A stretch of DNA of 63,398 nucleotides, counting the filler, from Globobulimina sp. (taxonomy: Eukaryota), in NCBI GenBank assembly GCA_003354225.1. It is 52 parts of 52 records of this genome, joined end to end, with 100 filler letters (N's around TTAATTAATTAA, not from the genome) between each part and the next. Parts side by side here need not be neighbours in the genome. Positions count along the whole stretch, not along the records: positions 12,221 to 13,342 come from PIVH01022956.1; positions 13,443 to 14,564 come from PIVH01022957.1; positions 14,665 to 15,786 come from PIVH01022958.1; positions 15,887 to 17,008 come from PIVH01022959.1; positions 17,109 to 18,230 come from PIVH01022960.1; positions 18,331 to 19,452 come from PIVH01022961.1; positions 19,553 to 20,674 come from PIVH01022962.1; positions 20,775 to 21,896 come from PIVH01022963.1; 44 more parts are not named here. One strand, written 5' to 3'. The position numbers and the translations under genes are program-made. Each line of letters opens with the position of its first letter. Within the stretch, counting starts at the first letter, position 1. Shown one piece after another: positions 12,708 to 24,631 of the stretch. The notes beneath the pieces were generated by a model. It saw only the letters and a list, made by a program, of their open reading frames with translations. It did no database searches and was not told the origin of the DNA.

Positions 12708-12832
12708 AACATGCTTTTCCAAATTGCAAAAAAGGTGAGATCAAGATCCTATTGCGCACAACAGATGACAATGAAATTGAGCTTCATATAGGCGATAATG
12801 GAATTGGTCTTAAGGAAGATATTGATTTTCGA
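12692..12832 (+). CDS. Prokaryotic sensor histidine kinase HATPase fragment (HisKA_2-type)
   Basis: N-box VSNSFKHAFP and G1-box IGDNGIGL. Confidence 0.8.
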
Positions 12833-13506
12833 TGTGTTATTTTTATGGTCAACTGCGGGTTTAAATTTTACCTATTGTAGTAAAGATGAGGATCGGATGG
12901 GTCGCAGTAGATCAAAATTGGGTTGGCCTGGGTAACCGATCTCATCGATTAAGTCTTAGTTTCCATGTAGGTGCACAACAATTTGCTTCTTGCTTTCCTA
13001 CATACCCTTTTGAAAGTCATATGTGCAGAGGTTTTGAAATGTAGCAAAAAGTAGAAAACTGAGTAAAAATGCAGTTATTTTAGACAGAATTAGTTGGTCG
13101 AAAATAAAAAACGGCTTTAAAGTAGAAAATATAAATGTGTAAAATAGTAATGTATTGGTCGTAGAGTGGATAACAAGGGCCACACACACACATTTAGGTA
13201 TTGAATAAAGTCGATGAACCGGACTGTTGAGTCATTTGACAGTAAAGGTTAACGAATTTTTAGGCTGAATAGACGAGTTTTATGTATATGTAGTAGGAAA
13301 CGCAGTATTAAAAGGTGAATGAATGATGTATAAATCGATTGANNNNNNNNNNNNNNNNNNNNNNNNNNNNNNNNNNNNNNNNNNNNTTAATTAATTAANN
13401 NNNNNNNNNNNNNNNNNNNNNNNNNNNNNNNNNNNNNNNNNNAAAAGTAAAATAAATAACATTTTGGGAGACGTTACTTAGAATTTTAAAAGATTAACCA
13501 TAAATT

Positions 13507-14495
13507 TCACAGCCATGAAACCGTACTCCTTTCAATTAGCGGTGTTTGCAGTTCAATTGTGGTTTGAATGCGTTGTGTATTGTTATTTGAAATATGGCTG
13601 TAATCCATGCCATGCTCATTCCATAATTTATTTGGTAACATTGACTGTCCCGCAGTTGACATTGAACTGCCAAAAACATCACTTATTGCATTCCACAAAC
13701 GAGTGCCTAATACAAATACTTTACATTTGCCTGCATTAAACGTAAAATCTGTTTCCTTTTTGGCTTTGATATGTAACAAAGGTTTGCCTTTTAAAGGGAA
13801 TTCTAATACGCAATGATATATTTTGAAATGAATGGGTTCGGCATTTCCAATTCTTGGTTTGCTCATTTTTGTCATCAATTCTAATATCAATATCGGCGCA
13901 CGGAATAAAGTACACATCATAATTAGAAACGGGATAAAAAATACCAAATCACGAAATACAAATACTGTTTGATATAAACAATGTAATCTTTTCCGATTTG
14001 CGCTCGTATTATCTGATGTTAGTTTGCTGTACAATTTGTTTGCTCGAAATATGGTCGCAAATACAAAGATAATCATTAAAAGGCATGGGATATCGGCAAA
14101 TATTGATATGAACTGATAAAATATAAATAAACGAGTGCTTTTATGTTGTGGTAACATCACTGGATATATATTATCGTAGTTTTGTCGTGACATAAAATAG
14201 TTTTTCCAGGCCGCTGTCCATTGTTGGTATATATTTGGAATTCGATACATTGTCAATACAATAAACACTAACAAAGGAAGCATGCATATAATATCAAATA
14301 ATAAAATAACGAAATTGAGAACAATTTGAATGCGAATTTTGTTCGTTTTAGAATTTGTCCATTCACTGCAATCTATGATGGAATGATATATTTCTATTCC
14401 GTTGTAAATAGATAACATATCCAATATCAATAACGGTACAAATATGACATCAATAAGTCCTTTATAAATATTACCAATTAGCCACAACCGAATGC
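13507..14495 (-). CDS. Multi-pass membrane protein with repeated D-x-P/C...T-x-F/Y-R helical-hairpin units (internal exon)
   Basis: 326-aa ORF with four similar hydrophobic repeats; TTAG acceptor just upstream. Confidence 0.65.
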
Positions 14496-15886
14496 CTAAG
14501 TCATATGAAATTTTATTAGGATGGTGGGAAATGGATGGAAACTCAATTTCATTCCAGCCATCATNNNNNNNNNNNNNNNNNNNNNNNNNNNNNNNNNNNN
14601 NNNNNNNNTTAATTAATTAANNNNNNNNNNNNNNNNNNNNNNNNNNNNNNNNNNNNNNNNNNNNAAGCGCTGCCTATGTTGTGGATATAGTTTTTAAAAG
14701 GCACTTTTTGCGGGACATTTGATGCTATTTGGTTTATTTCAGCGTGTGTTTCAAAAACAAAACGAAATTTTTATTAACTTTTTAAATTATAAAATATACA
14801 GATAGTGGAATTCGCACAATCAGCGGATTGATTATAAAATGTAGGCAAGAAAGAAGATCTATAAAAACAAACTAATTCACATTAATTTTTCAATTTTTAA
14901 AATATACAGAAATTTGCCTGGAATCGCAGACATCGTGGAATTATGTTTATAAAAAGTGTTTAAAACCAAATCAGATTGAAATCATATCGCAACGAATGGT
15001 CGCAAATTGCTGAAACTGCCGCCACCTCGTCGTCTAAATGGGGCTCCTCCGATTGGTGGCGGATGAATTCGAAACGTTATAAATTTCGTCGAATGTTCAT
15101 GTTGATCGTCATCCGCTTCGCATCAGTTATTATTTGCTTATTGATCGAATGGTTTGTTGCATTCATTTGCTTATAATCCAAACCTTAATTCTATAATCCA
15201 AACCATTTAAATGCACGAAGCTGAAAAACATAGTCAAAAAAAGTCTGTTCTTACTAAGTCATCATATCATGGCTGCTCTTAAATATTATAAATAGCGCCG
15301 AACCGAATATGTCTCAAAATATCTTGAGAATTTGCCTGGAACCGCAGACATCGTGGAATTAATTCTAAAAAAATGTTTCAAACCAAATCCGATTGGAATC
15401 GAATCGCGAATCACCGAATCGAATTAATGGACAGTGACAAATTAAATAAAGAAAGGTGAAATTAAATTATTTTGAATCCAACCATAAAAATCGAGAACTC
15501 GACGACTTGAATCCGCTCCAAATCAGTTTCATTATTTAATGTTGAAAAATCATTTTGTGTTAAATATGAATGGCAAAGAAAGAGAAAAAAGGATGTATTG
15601 ATCTCAGAAAACAAGCACCGGCTTATTCGCCTTATTCTCCTCAATCCCTATCCATTCAAAAAAGACCTAAATTTAGACATTTATGTCAGTAAAAAATTGA
15701 TTTGGATCAGCAATTACATCGCGAAAAAAAAGCATCTGACCAAAGATAATGTGGTGTTGGTGGATAACCACAGCTACGTCGAAAATNNNNNNNNNNNNNN
15801 NNNNNNNNNNNNNNNNNNNNNNNNNNNNNNTTAATTAATTAANNNNNNNNNNNNNNNNNNNNNNNNNNNNNNNNNNNNNNNNNNNN

Positions 15887-16364
15887 ATTTTTCATTTGTA
15901 GACGCAAAACAAGAGCAATCATATCCTTCCCTTTTAGTTGGATTTTCTTTAGGGGCACGGTCAGGATTTTCCTTTTTGACATAATTTCCGCTTCTGTGGC
16001 ACCGATAACCGACTGAACGCAAACCATTTTTTTGGCGAGATGTGTAAGAAATGATGAAATCGAATCGACCTTCTCTCTGGACATTAGTGAACCAATTATC
16101 AAAGGAGTTTTTGTTCTCAAATGTTTTCGTTTCAAAAACTGCATTTTCTTGACCATGTTTTTCACGTAAATGATCAAAAAGTGTGCCCATATTACTAAAA
16201 ACAGGGTCATTTGAGCCGCAGAGACCGCACCGTTTTTTGCCGGTTGTACGATAACAAAATTTTCCTTTTTCTTTGTCGACTTTCCATTGGTCATGTGTAG
16301 CACGATGTTTTCGAAATCCAGCCTCTGACGCATAGGATTTATCACAATAAGGACAAGGGAACAT
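15887..16364 (-). mobile_element. C2H2 zinc-finger protein, probable MULE/Mutator transposase N-terminus
   Basis: Two C2H2 fingers, then F.N..SF..W....Q and YRCHRSG.Y....R..K...K....C, a WRKY/GCM1-like DNA-binding region typical of MULE transposases. The DDE domain is not in the contig. Confidence 0.6.
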
Positions 16365-17108
16365 AATTTAGAAGAGAAAATCTCACAAACGACCAAACAA
16401 TCAAAACAAATTTTTGTAGGAGTGAGTGAAGTGACGACTATTATGTCTATGTAACCTTATTTGGCCTAAGGGAAGATTAAAGGACAATTGTGTTTCTTAT
16501 GTAAACTTACGCCCAGGTGTGTTTATCAACTAAGCTTACTAATCGTAATCCTATCCCTCCCATCTGCCATATGGCCCTGGGGTATTGTTTACGAAAGTAT
16601 GTACCTGTCAATGCATTGATTGATTGCTAACAGCCCATGGCACTTCACCTTGTCGTATAGATACATGTTACCGTAACCCATCTAAATATTTTTCGATTTT
16701 TTGTTTGGAAAAAACACTTCCAAAACGCGTCAAAAACACGTCTATGCTATTCGGGGGTTTTAACCTAAACGCGCTTCGCGCTCACTAAGCGCGCGCTTCG
16801 CGCGCCAGCCGAAATATAAAGAAATCAAAAAATAAAATATAATAAATCCGAGCGTCGATTTTCGAAAAAATATGTAAAAGACGCCCGGTAGGACCGAAAG
16901 GTCCTAGAACTACGGGCACATCTGTTACTGTACTACATACAGTACAGTACATACATTTGCCATACTGTAGGTGTAGTGTAGTTGGTCGACTTGCTCGGGG
17001 GGGGCTTANNNNNNNNNNNNNNNNNNNNNNNNNNNNNNNNNNNNNNNNNNNNTTAATTAATTAANNNNNNNNNNNNNNNNNNNNNNNNNNNNNNNNNNNN
17101 NNNNNNNN

Positions 17109-17227
17109 ATCAGAACAGCGATTTTCCAAAATTTTAGGAAATCAGGGAATTTTGGCATAGCTCAGGGGAAAATCAGCGGAAACTCAGGGGATTTAGAGTT
17201 GCCTGATCGCTACCAAGACGAACCCTG
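17109..17227. mobile_element. Probable DNA-transposon end (terminal CAGGGTTC on minus strand, with TCAGGG subterminal repeats)
   Basis: Four TCAGGG(A/G)-like units followed by GAACCCTG, a pattern I recall from hAT-like elements in invertebrates. Only one end is visible. Confidence 0.4.
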
Positions 17228-18330
17228 CTATGTCCATACATCCTCGAATCGGGCCCTCCCTTGAATATAGCCAAAGTTACATTATGTACAGTAGTAACAC
17301 AAAGGAAAATAGCATTGTCCAGACGACTACATTTGTACTAAAAAGTTATTTCATTTTCAGGGAAGACTCATAAGCAGCAACGACAAGGGACCATGGAGTG
17401 ACCATGTCTGTAAAAATATGAAAGGAGAAGTTGTGTATGCTGTTTATTTATTTTATATTTTATTTTGACTGTTTTGTGCTTGATGGGAATTTCTGTACGT
17501 ACGGGTACTATGCAGTGTATGTATGTACACAACGAAAATGAAATATGTACCGTAAATTATCCTGATGGTGTGTTAGTATACTGTATGTACATATTCCACC
17601 ACAGCACATGTTTCAATTAAACTGTTGTTACCAAAAATATGCCTTCGGTCTCTACGTATGTTGTACTGTACACTATGGCAACCTTTTATAGTATTGCGTT
17701 GCATGCAACGTAAAGTCAATCAATACTGCAATACCGTACATTTTCAGTTGTCCAATCTTGTATGCATACCATTGTGGACGATGTGGTGCCACTGGAAAAT
17801 TGGCACACACCATCAGATATTGTCAGAAGAAGCATTGAAACACATACATATGGCCATGTACAGTACGCATTGTTTTGTAAGTAGTTTTGCCTTTCTTCTA
17901 ATTAAAATTAATGTTTTTGATTTGTTGTTTACTAAGCTTTTGTTAATTAATGTTTTTGCGATATGTACATACACATGCCTTTTGTTTGATAGATTAATGT
18001 ATTGCATAACGTTTTCGTGTATTATGTTTATGTACTGTATAATAAACAATAAGTTTGAAAATTTCAATTATCTTTCTTTGTAATAACTGCTAAAATTACG
18101 GAAGTTAGGTTACATAAACATACATACTACATACGCCGGCCGCGTTGACCCACCCCACACAGGCAAGACCGCAGCCCGCAATGAGCAGATGAGAATGAAA
18201 TATATCGTAGGTTGATAACCCATTGAATGGNNNNNNNNNNNNNNNNNNNNNNNNNNNNNNNNNNNNNNNNNNNNTTAATTAATTAANNNNNNNNNNNNNN
18301 NNNNNNNNNNNNNNNNNNNNNNNNNNNNNN

Positions 18331-19452
18331 ATTCGAATGATTCAGATCATTGAAACGGATGGTATTTTGCGTCAATCTATTTTGCTTATTATGGACAAAC
18401 TCATTTTCTGCCTCAACTATCAAATTATGCATTTCATTGGTATTTGTATTTGTATTCATGAAAAGTCGTTGTTTTATGTTTAATGACATCTGTTTCGAGG
18501 ACATATTGGTCCAATTATTGGCCGCGTCATAATCAACAACACCAAATGCTTTAATTGTTGCGAGGTGAATTATGTACATAGCAGTTATAGAGGTTATGTT
18601 TGATATGTACTCTCTTTCAGATTCTCTTTGGTAAAATGTTGTGTTTGTGCTGAACTTCTGTAGGTGCCGGGCTCTGTTTTTTAGGATATTTTGGTGCAAT
18701 TTTAACAACGCGTTATTTGGTGCATATTGTCGTAGCACATAGTGTTTGTCAATTATACTGGTTTGGCATTTTATATTATTCGGCGTAAATATCACTGGTC
18801 TGTGGTCCATGAACACAGGATGTGTGTCAACGCGCATTGATTTGATAGAATTCAATTCTGCAGTGATCACATAATCTATTATTGAGCCACCAGTGTTACC
18901 GGCACCTTTCGCGAGATATGTCAGGAACTTTGGGGCAAACTGAGGATTTGCTATTTTCAGCTGAGTATTATCAAGCATTTTCTTCATATATTTGTAGTGC
19001 GAATTGGTGGCATGATCCATAGTCATGTTACCCATACGGGCATTAAAGTCACCGATTATGTACATGTCTTTACATTCATTTTTAAAAGTATTAATATCAT
19101 TTGTCAATGTCTCATAAAAGTCAGCGCTACGTTTGGCCATTTGCGATTTGTATGTTCTCGTATAATTAATGGCAATGTAAGTTGGTTTATTATCATTGGT
19201 ATTTTCGATCGCAATCCATGCAGTATTATGGCCTCTCGTTTTTTTTATTAATCTGATTTTGTTTTTTAGGGTCATTTTATGATATATCAGTATGCCACCA
19301 ACATTCTTGGGGTTATTTGTGGTGACTGGGGGCTTATGGACAATTAATTTGTATCCTGGCAAGCTCCAATCCGGTCTGTGAACCCTTCGCGTGTCAATTA
19401 AGAGAATGATATCCAATTTATGGTGAATTACGAGTTGCTGCATGTATGGGTG
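18331..19452 (-). mobile_element. Non-LTR retrotransposon ORF2, APE (EEP) endonuclease, partial
   Basis: LDIILLIDT, VGGILIY, IIGDFNARMG, SIIDYVIT and DHRPV motifs; open across the whole contig. Confidence 0.85.
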
Positions 19453-19552
19453 NNNNNNNNNNNNNNNNNNNNNNNNNNNNNNNNNNNNNNNNNNNNTTAA
19501 TTAATTAANNNNNNNNNNNNNNNNNNNNNNNNNNNNNNNNNNNNNNNNNNNN

Positions 19553-20674
19553 AGTGGCGGTGATCAGAGTCCTGTAACCCGCTTCCCGCTCATCCACCGA
19601 GTTGGAGTCGGTCAATTTGGCCAAACGTTTGCGGATTTTATGGTCGCGGACATCCAAATAGCGCAGTAATTGGTCCTTGGTATCCGGAGAGGCGTTAAGT
19701 TCGTCTTCGGCTAAGAAGAAATCCAAAAAGCCATTGGCTAAGACGCGCGATTCAGTGCTGGTACGATTGGGGAAATCGCACAATGCGCCAAATAAATTGA
19801 CAAATACTTTGGGTCGTTGGTTACATAGAATCTTTAGATGATCGTCGGTGGCGACCACAGCAAATATAATCTCTCTCTGTTTGCTGGTGGTACATAGATT
19901 TATCATCAGATCGCAGCAATAATCATCGAATTTGTTCTCTAATTTGCTGCGCATTGACATGAAACACTCCCACAGCGCTTCCCAGTTCGCCTGATGTTTA
20001 CAGCGCATTTCTGACTGCAATCTGCGAATTAATAACAACAATAAGGCCGTATTCCCAGTTCTCATTTCCTCCACGATCGCTTTGCTTAATTTACCAAATA
20101 GATTTGCAAAGTCATCGTTGGGAGCGTATAATATGACATATTCGAATAAATACAGCAAATCTGGGGACCACCATTTATGCGGTTCCTCTGTGTAATCTTT
20201 GCGGAATTCCAACTCGAAGCATTTATTAATGATCGCTGAAATCCATACATTAATCCGACTGATTTCCTGGCTTTCAAAGGTACCGTCTTTCAATTCCTCC
20301 GCAGTGTTCTCATCTGTTTTCGTATCAACATCCATCGCCGAGGCGGACGCCGCAGCGGCATCACCTTCTTTGCCCTCAGCTTTCGTGTCTCGGTCCTCTT
20401 TTTCTTTGGTTTTTTTGTGTTGCGCTTGCTTCAATAAATCGATTTTAGTCTTTCGTACAGCATCCAAACTATTCACTGTCCGCGTTAACAACGCACATAA
20501 ACGCTGCATCGTTTTCAAATGTTTGCGCCGCCAATGGCTGACCAAAATGGCTGAATACACCTCGTGAGTCCTCCAGAATTGCGTCACTTGGAACACCGGC
20601 ACAAATTGGCTGAATATCTTATAAATATAATCATATTGATGCTGCTCAAATAAATCCGCGATATGCACCATATG
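19553..20674 (-). CDS. Hypothetical alpha-helical protein (internal fragment)
   Basis: Open across the whole contig; no recognisable motif. Confidence 0.7.
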
Positions 20675-20774
20675 NNNNNNNNNNNNNNNNNNNNNNNNNN
20701 NNNNNNNNNNNNNNNNNNTTAATTAATTAANNNNNNNNNNNNNNNNNNNNNNNNNNNNNNNNNNNNNNNNNNNN

Positions 20775-21896
20775 AGTTATGGAGGTTAATATTGAACTGA
20801 TTGATGGGACCGATGTTGGTGTTAGATTTTGGATCGGGGATATGGCCATTTATATTTGCAAAGTGGTCCGCTAAGGCTGCATTCTTATGGACAAGCCCAC
20901 CTTTGTAATGAAGGTACGGTTCATCTTCGATGTAATCAATGCTGCGTGTCATGAATTTGAATCTTTTTAGTTTCTGGCAATGATCCAAGTTGCCGAAATT
21001 GACAGTGTTTCTGCGCAGAGTATCAATTTTCTCATTTTCATATGCTTTTTTGGCATCACGCAGTATTTTGGAGCCTTTGGTATAGTCTGGGTCTGTGTTA
21101 TTGAGGCAGCGTTGTGTTATGTTCAGATTTAATCGGTCTATGGAGGAATCTGACCATTTGTTTATTGATTCAAAGTCAGAGATGCCAAAAGTTTTGATTG
21201 TGGCTAGATGAATGGTATACATTACACAAAGAGAAATGATATTTGAAATGAAATCGCGATCATTCGGACTGGTGTAGTAGGAGATGCCTGTGGCAAATTT
21301 TTGTATATGTGGTAATTTTGCGGAGATTATTCTACGGTGCAAATCTTTCAATTTATCATTCGGTGCGAAAGCACGTAAAACAAAATGTTGGTCTGCGTAA
21401 GAAACGTTGCATTTTGTGTTTTTGAGCGCAAAAATGACCGGTCTGTGGTCAGTGAAAATAGGGTGTGTGTCCACTTTAAGTGAATCAATGGCAACCAGTT
21501 TGTCAGTCATCACATAATCAATGATGGAGCCACCTGTATGGTTAGTGTCTTTGGAGAGGCAGGTGAGGAAATGTGGTGCAAATATAGGGTTGGCAATGCG
21601 TAATTTGGTGCAGTGCAGCAGGGATTTCATGTGGGCGTAGTGTTTATTTGTATTATGGTCAGTGGTCTCAGCGCCCAATCTCGCATTGAAATCGCCGATA
21701 ACCATCATGTTGTCACAGAGCAGTTTGAAACGTTGGATGTCCGCTGTCAATGTGTTATAGAATTTGGAGCTGCGGGCAGGGATTTTGGCATCATATGGGC
21801 GAACATAATTGATTGACAGGAAGGTGGGTTTGGATTGGTCTTCAAATTCAACAGATAGCCAAACAGTGTTAAGGCCGCGAGCTTTGTGTATATAAT
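20775..21896 (-). mobile_element. Non-LTR retrotransposon ORF2, APE endonuclease, paralog of 18331-19452
   Basis: VIGDFNARLG, GGSIIDYVMT and TDHRPV; collinear with the first copy, including YxIHLATIKxFG. Confidence 0.85.
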
Positions 21897-22310
21897 NNNN
21901 NNNNNNNNNNNNNNNNNNNNNNNNNNNNNNNNNNNNNNNNTTAATTAATTAANNNNNNNNNNNNNNNNNNNNNNNNNNNNNNNNNNNNNNNNNNNNGTCC
22001 AGTGCTGGCCATTGTAATGTATCATTCTTTGTTTGTGTGATTGTATTGATTGTAACTATATTTTAGATGTATTCACAATTAGTTGATGCATTATATAATT
22101 TATTACTGTATATATAGAAACCAGCATTTTAAAGTTTTAAACCATACGTTCTCTTTGTTTTGATAGCATACCGCAACAATGGCGCATAGTAATGATAGCA
22201 TTGTATCAGCAGTCAGTAAAATCGTGTCTGGTAACGTGTTTCTAAAAAGACAGTGACATGATTGAATATATAAATAATATCCAGCTCAGTCATCAAAAAT
22301 CCTTCAAAGC

Positions 22311-22985
22311 ATGCCGCGAAAACGCACAAAAAGCCAAAATAGCGCCATTTTTGCCAATTCAGAAAGAGAAGATAATGAAAAGGAAAAATTGCTTTTGGAA
22401 ACATTGCGTAGAAATTTGGAAAAACAACAACGAGCATTGGCTGATTCTTCACAGAAATTCAATGAACAAATAAAGGAAGTTTTAAATTTAGAACATGGAC
22501 TAAGAACCGCTGTAATTGATATGCAGACTGCAGAGAGCTATGCTTTATTATCGAAAAGAAACAGAAACATTCAAAAATAAGCAGAATGAATGGATCATAG
22601 CTCAACAAACAAAAAACAACGGCAAATATGTAACGAAATATGTTTGGGCCGATGACATGATGTTTGGACCGATGAAATATTGCGTCGCGAGAGAAAAGGC
22701 GGTGGAATGAGAATATGGTTCCGCGATGGCGATGATTCCATATTTACGGACATTGATGTTTGGAGAGACGTATTTAACGATGACAACAACAATGACCATA
22801 TGCATTATGATGAGTTTATACAGCAAATAATACAAGAAATGAAACAGCAAATACAGCAAAATGACCTGTTGCATGGCTATGAGTATCATGATGAAATAAT
22901 AAAACAGGAAATAAAACAGGCGGCGGATGATACTGCGGAGGAACAGGACGAGGACCAATCATCGGTAACACGGTCAAAGCTATAG
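22311..22985 (+). pseudogene. Possibly frameshifted hypothetical coiled-coil gene
   Basis: Protein-like segments alternate between overlapping frames (22311, 22516, 22680) with internal stops and no obvious intron. Confidence 0.3.
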
Positions 22986-23080
22986 AAACGAGTTCCTATA
23001 TAAACTCTAACTTTATCACGATTTTAGACTTGGGGGACAATTTTTTTTTTTTTTTAATGCGGGCGACCCGTGTGGTTGTC

Positions 23081-23112
23081 CATGTGATCATACATATATG
23101 TATGATCACATG
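23081..23112. repeat. Perfect 32-bp palindrome CATGTGATCATACATATATGTATGATCACATG
   Basis: The sequence equals its own reverse complement. Confidence 0.95.
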
Positions 23113-23423
23113 CACTCNNNNNNNNNNNNNNNNNNNNNNNNNNNNNNNNNNNNNNNNNNNNTTAATTAATTAANNNNNNNNNNNNNNNNNNNNNNNNNNN
23201 NNNNNNNNNNNNNNNNNACCCAAAAACATTGCCAATCACAAAAGAAGTGTTTAGAAGTTTAAGCCTAAAAAGTCAAATCAATTGATTTTATCTGAGCGTC
23301 ATATCATATCCATGTCTTATATTGTCTTAGCTCCAACTGGATTGCTTTTTTTAATTTTATGCTTCAATATTACCAATTTTATTCTAACAACACTACGCCT
23401 TGCCAGCCCGTAACTCTTTCATC

Positions 23424-24185
23424 ATGTCACTTCTGCGAAGCCGACTGGTATTTGTATTCATACTGTTGTCATTATCATTATCTGCAAAGGGAGACCCAAA
23501 AGGAGACAGTTGCAACGAAGAATTAGATTGTGGATCAAACATAAAATACGAAATATGTGATAAGTCAACAAAATATTGTAGATATTGTGCAAACGATAAT
23601 GAATGTAGCGTAAATAACAAAAATGATATCTGCCTCGATAGCCATTGGTGTGAAATGAACTCTTTACTGCACTCATTTGGTGCTTCAACCATAGCCACCA
23701 TGATAGCCATATTTATAGGCGCCTTCATTGCGGCTGGCGGTGGCTTAGGTGGTGGCGGTATATTTGTTCCTGTATTTATATTGTTATTAGATTTTGATGC
23801 CAAGTCCGCTGCGGCGTTATCGCAAGCCACCATCTTTGGCGGTTCTATTGTCAATATAATAATGAATTGGCGGCAAGTACACCCAAACAAGCATAGAGCA
23901 CATCGGCCACTCACTGATTTCAATACAATTTTAATCTTAGAACCAATGTTATTGGCTGGCACCGTAATTGGTGTGTTACTGAATGAGATATTGCCGGATC
24001 CCGTCATCTTAGTCTGCCTAATGTTAGTACTGACCGTTGCTTTATATCGCATGGTATTGAAAGGTATGGAGCAATACAAAAAAGAAAATGTGGAGAGAGC
24101 ACTGCAGCTCAACAGTAACAGCGACGCACTCGTCGAAGATTCGCAAATTGCGTCAATGGTTGGGGCCAATGCCAATTTTAAATAA
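23424..24185 (+). CDS. TauE/SafE (sulfite exporter) family membrane protein, N-terminal half, with signal peptide and Cys-rich ectodomain
   Basis: GGGLGGGGIFVPV..AAALSQATIFGGS..HP..RPLTDF..LILEPMLLAGTVIGVLLN is the eukaryotic TauE signature. Confidence 0.88.
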   Translation: MSLLRSRLVFVFILLSLSLSAKGDPKGDSCNEELDCGSNIKYEICDKSTKYCRYCANDNECSVNNKNDICLDSHWCEMNSLLHSFGASTIATMIAIFIGAFIAAGGGLGGGGIFVPVFILLLDFDAKSAAALSQATIFGGSIVNIIMNWRQVHPNKHRAHRPLTDFNTILILEPMLLAGTVIGVLLNEILPDPVILVCLMLVLTVALYRMVLKGMEQYKKENVERALQLNSNSDALVEDSQIASMVGANANFK

Positions 24186-24631
24186 TTCGAACACGCTAAA
24201 GGGCATGCTGGTAACCTTTCCCACTAAACCAAAGCGCAGTCGCGATGGTTTTAATTTCCTGTCCGGGTTTTCCCGTGATTTTGTGGATATTAGGGCGGAA
24301 CTTGCCAAAACAACTACATCACAAAGTCATGCATTGTTNNNNNNNNNNNNNNNNNNNNNNNNNNNNNNNNNNNNNNNNNNNNTTAATTAATTAANNNNNN
24401 NNNNNNNNNNNNNNNNNNNNNNNNNNNNNNNNNNNNNNTCCGTCATATCCTGTCGTCTCTTCACAATTACTATCGATGAGAAACAACACACCACAACCAA
24501 TATTTGTTTTAACTGGTTGTCAAAAAAGCTAACTCGAAAAATCATTTTATGGAGCTGTATATATTATCCGCTTTGCGCTTGCTGAGCTGTACACATTATC
24601 CGCTTTGCGTTTCCGCACTTCTGCATTGGTT

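Noticed and set aside
12358..12771. Single 137-aa ORF or a real sulfatase-EttA fusion
   Set aside because: It spans chimeric junctions with an abrupt GC change, and the pieces are in different frames or strands.
15839..16396. Overlapping alternate-frame ORF on the MULE-like gene
   Set aside because: No motifs; the zinc-finger frame explains the region.
16889..16906. Hammerhead ribozyme stem II
   Set aside because: No flanking CUGAUGA and GAAA core on either strand.
17625..18083. 152-aa ORF and its antisense partner
   Set aside because: TGTAC/TACA-rich non-coding composition with no motifs.
22311..22985. Stop-codon reassignment (same-frame ORFs separated by TAA/TGA)
   Set aside because: Many long ORFs in the window are stop-free under the standard code and end normally; frameshift decay is more parsimonious.
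23393..24175. 260-aa antisense ORF over the TauE gene
   Set aside because: Same-register shadow of the sense CDS with no independent motifs.
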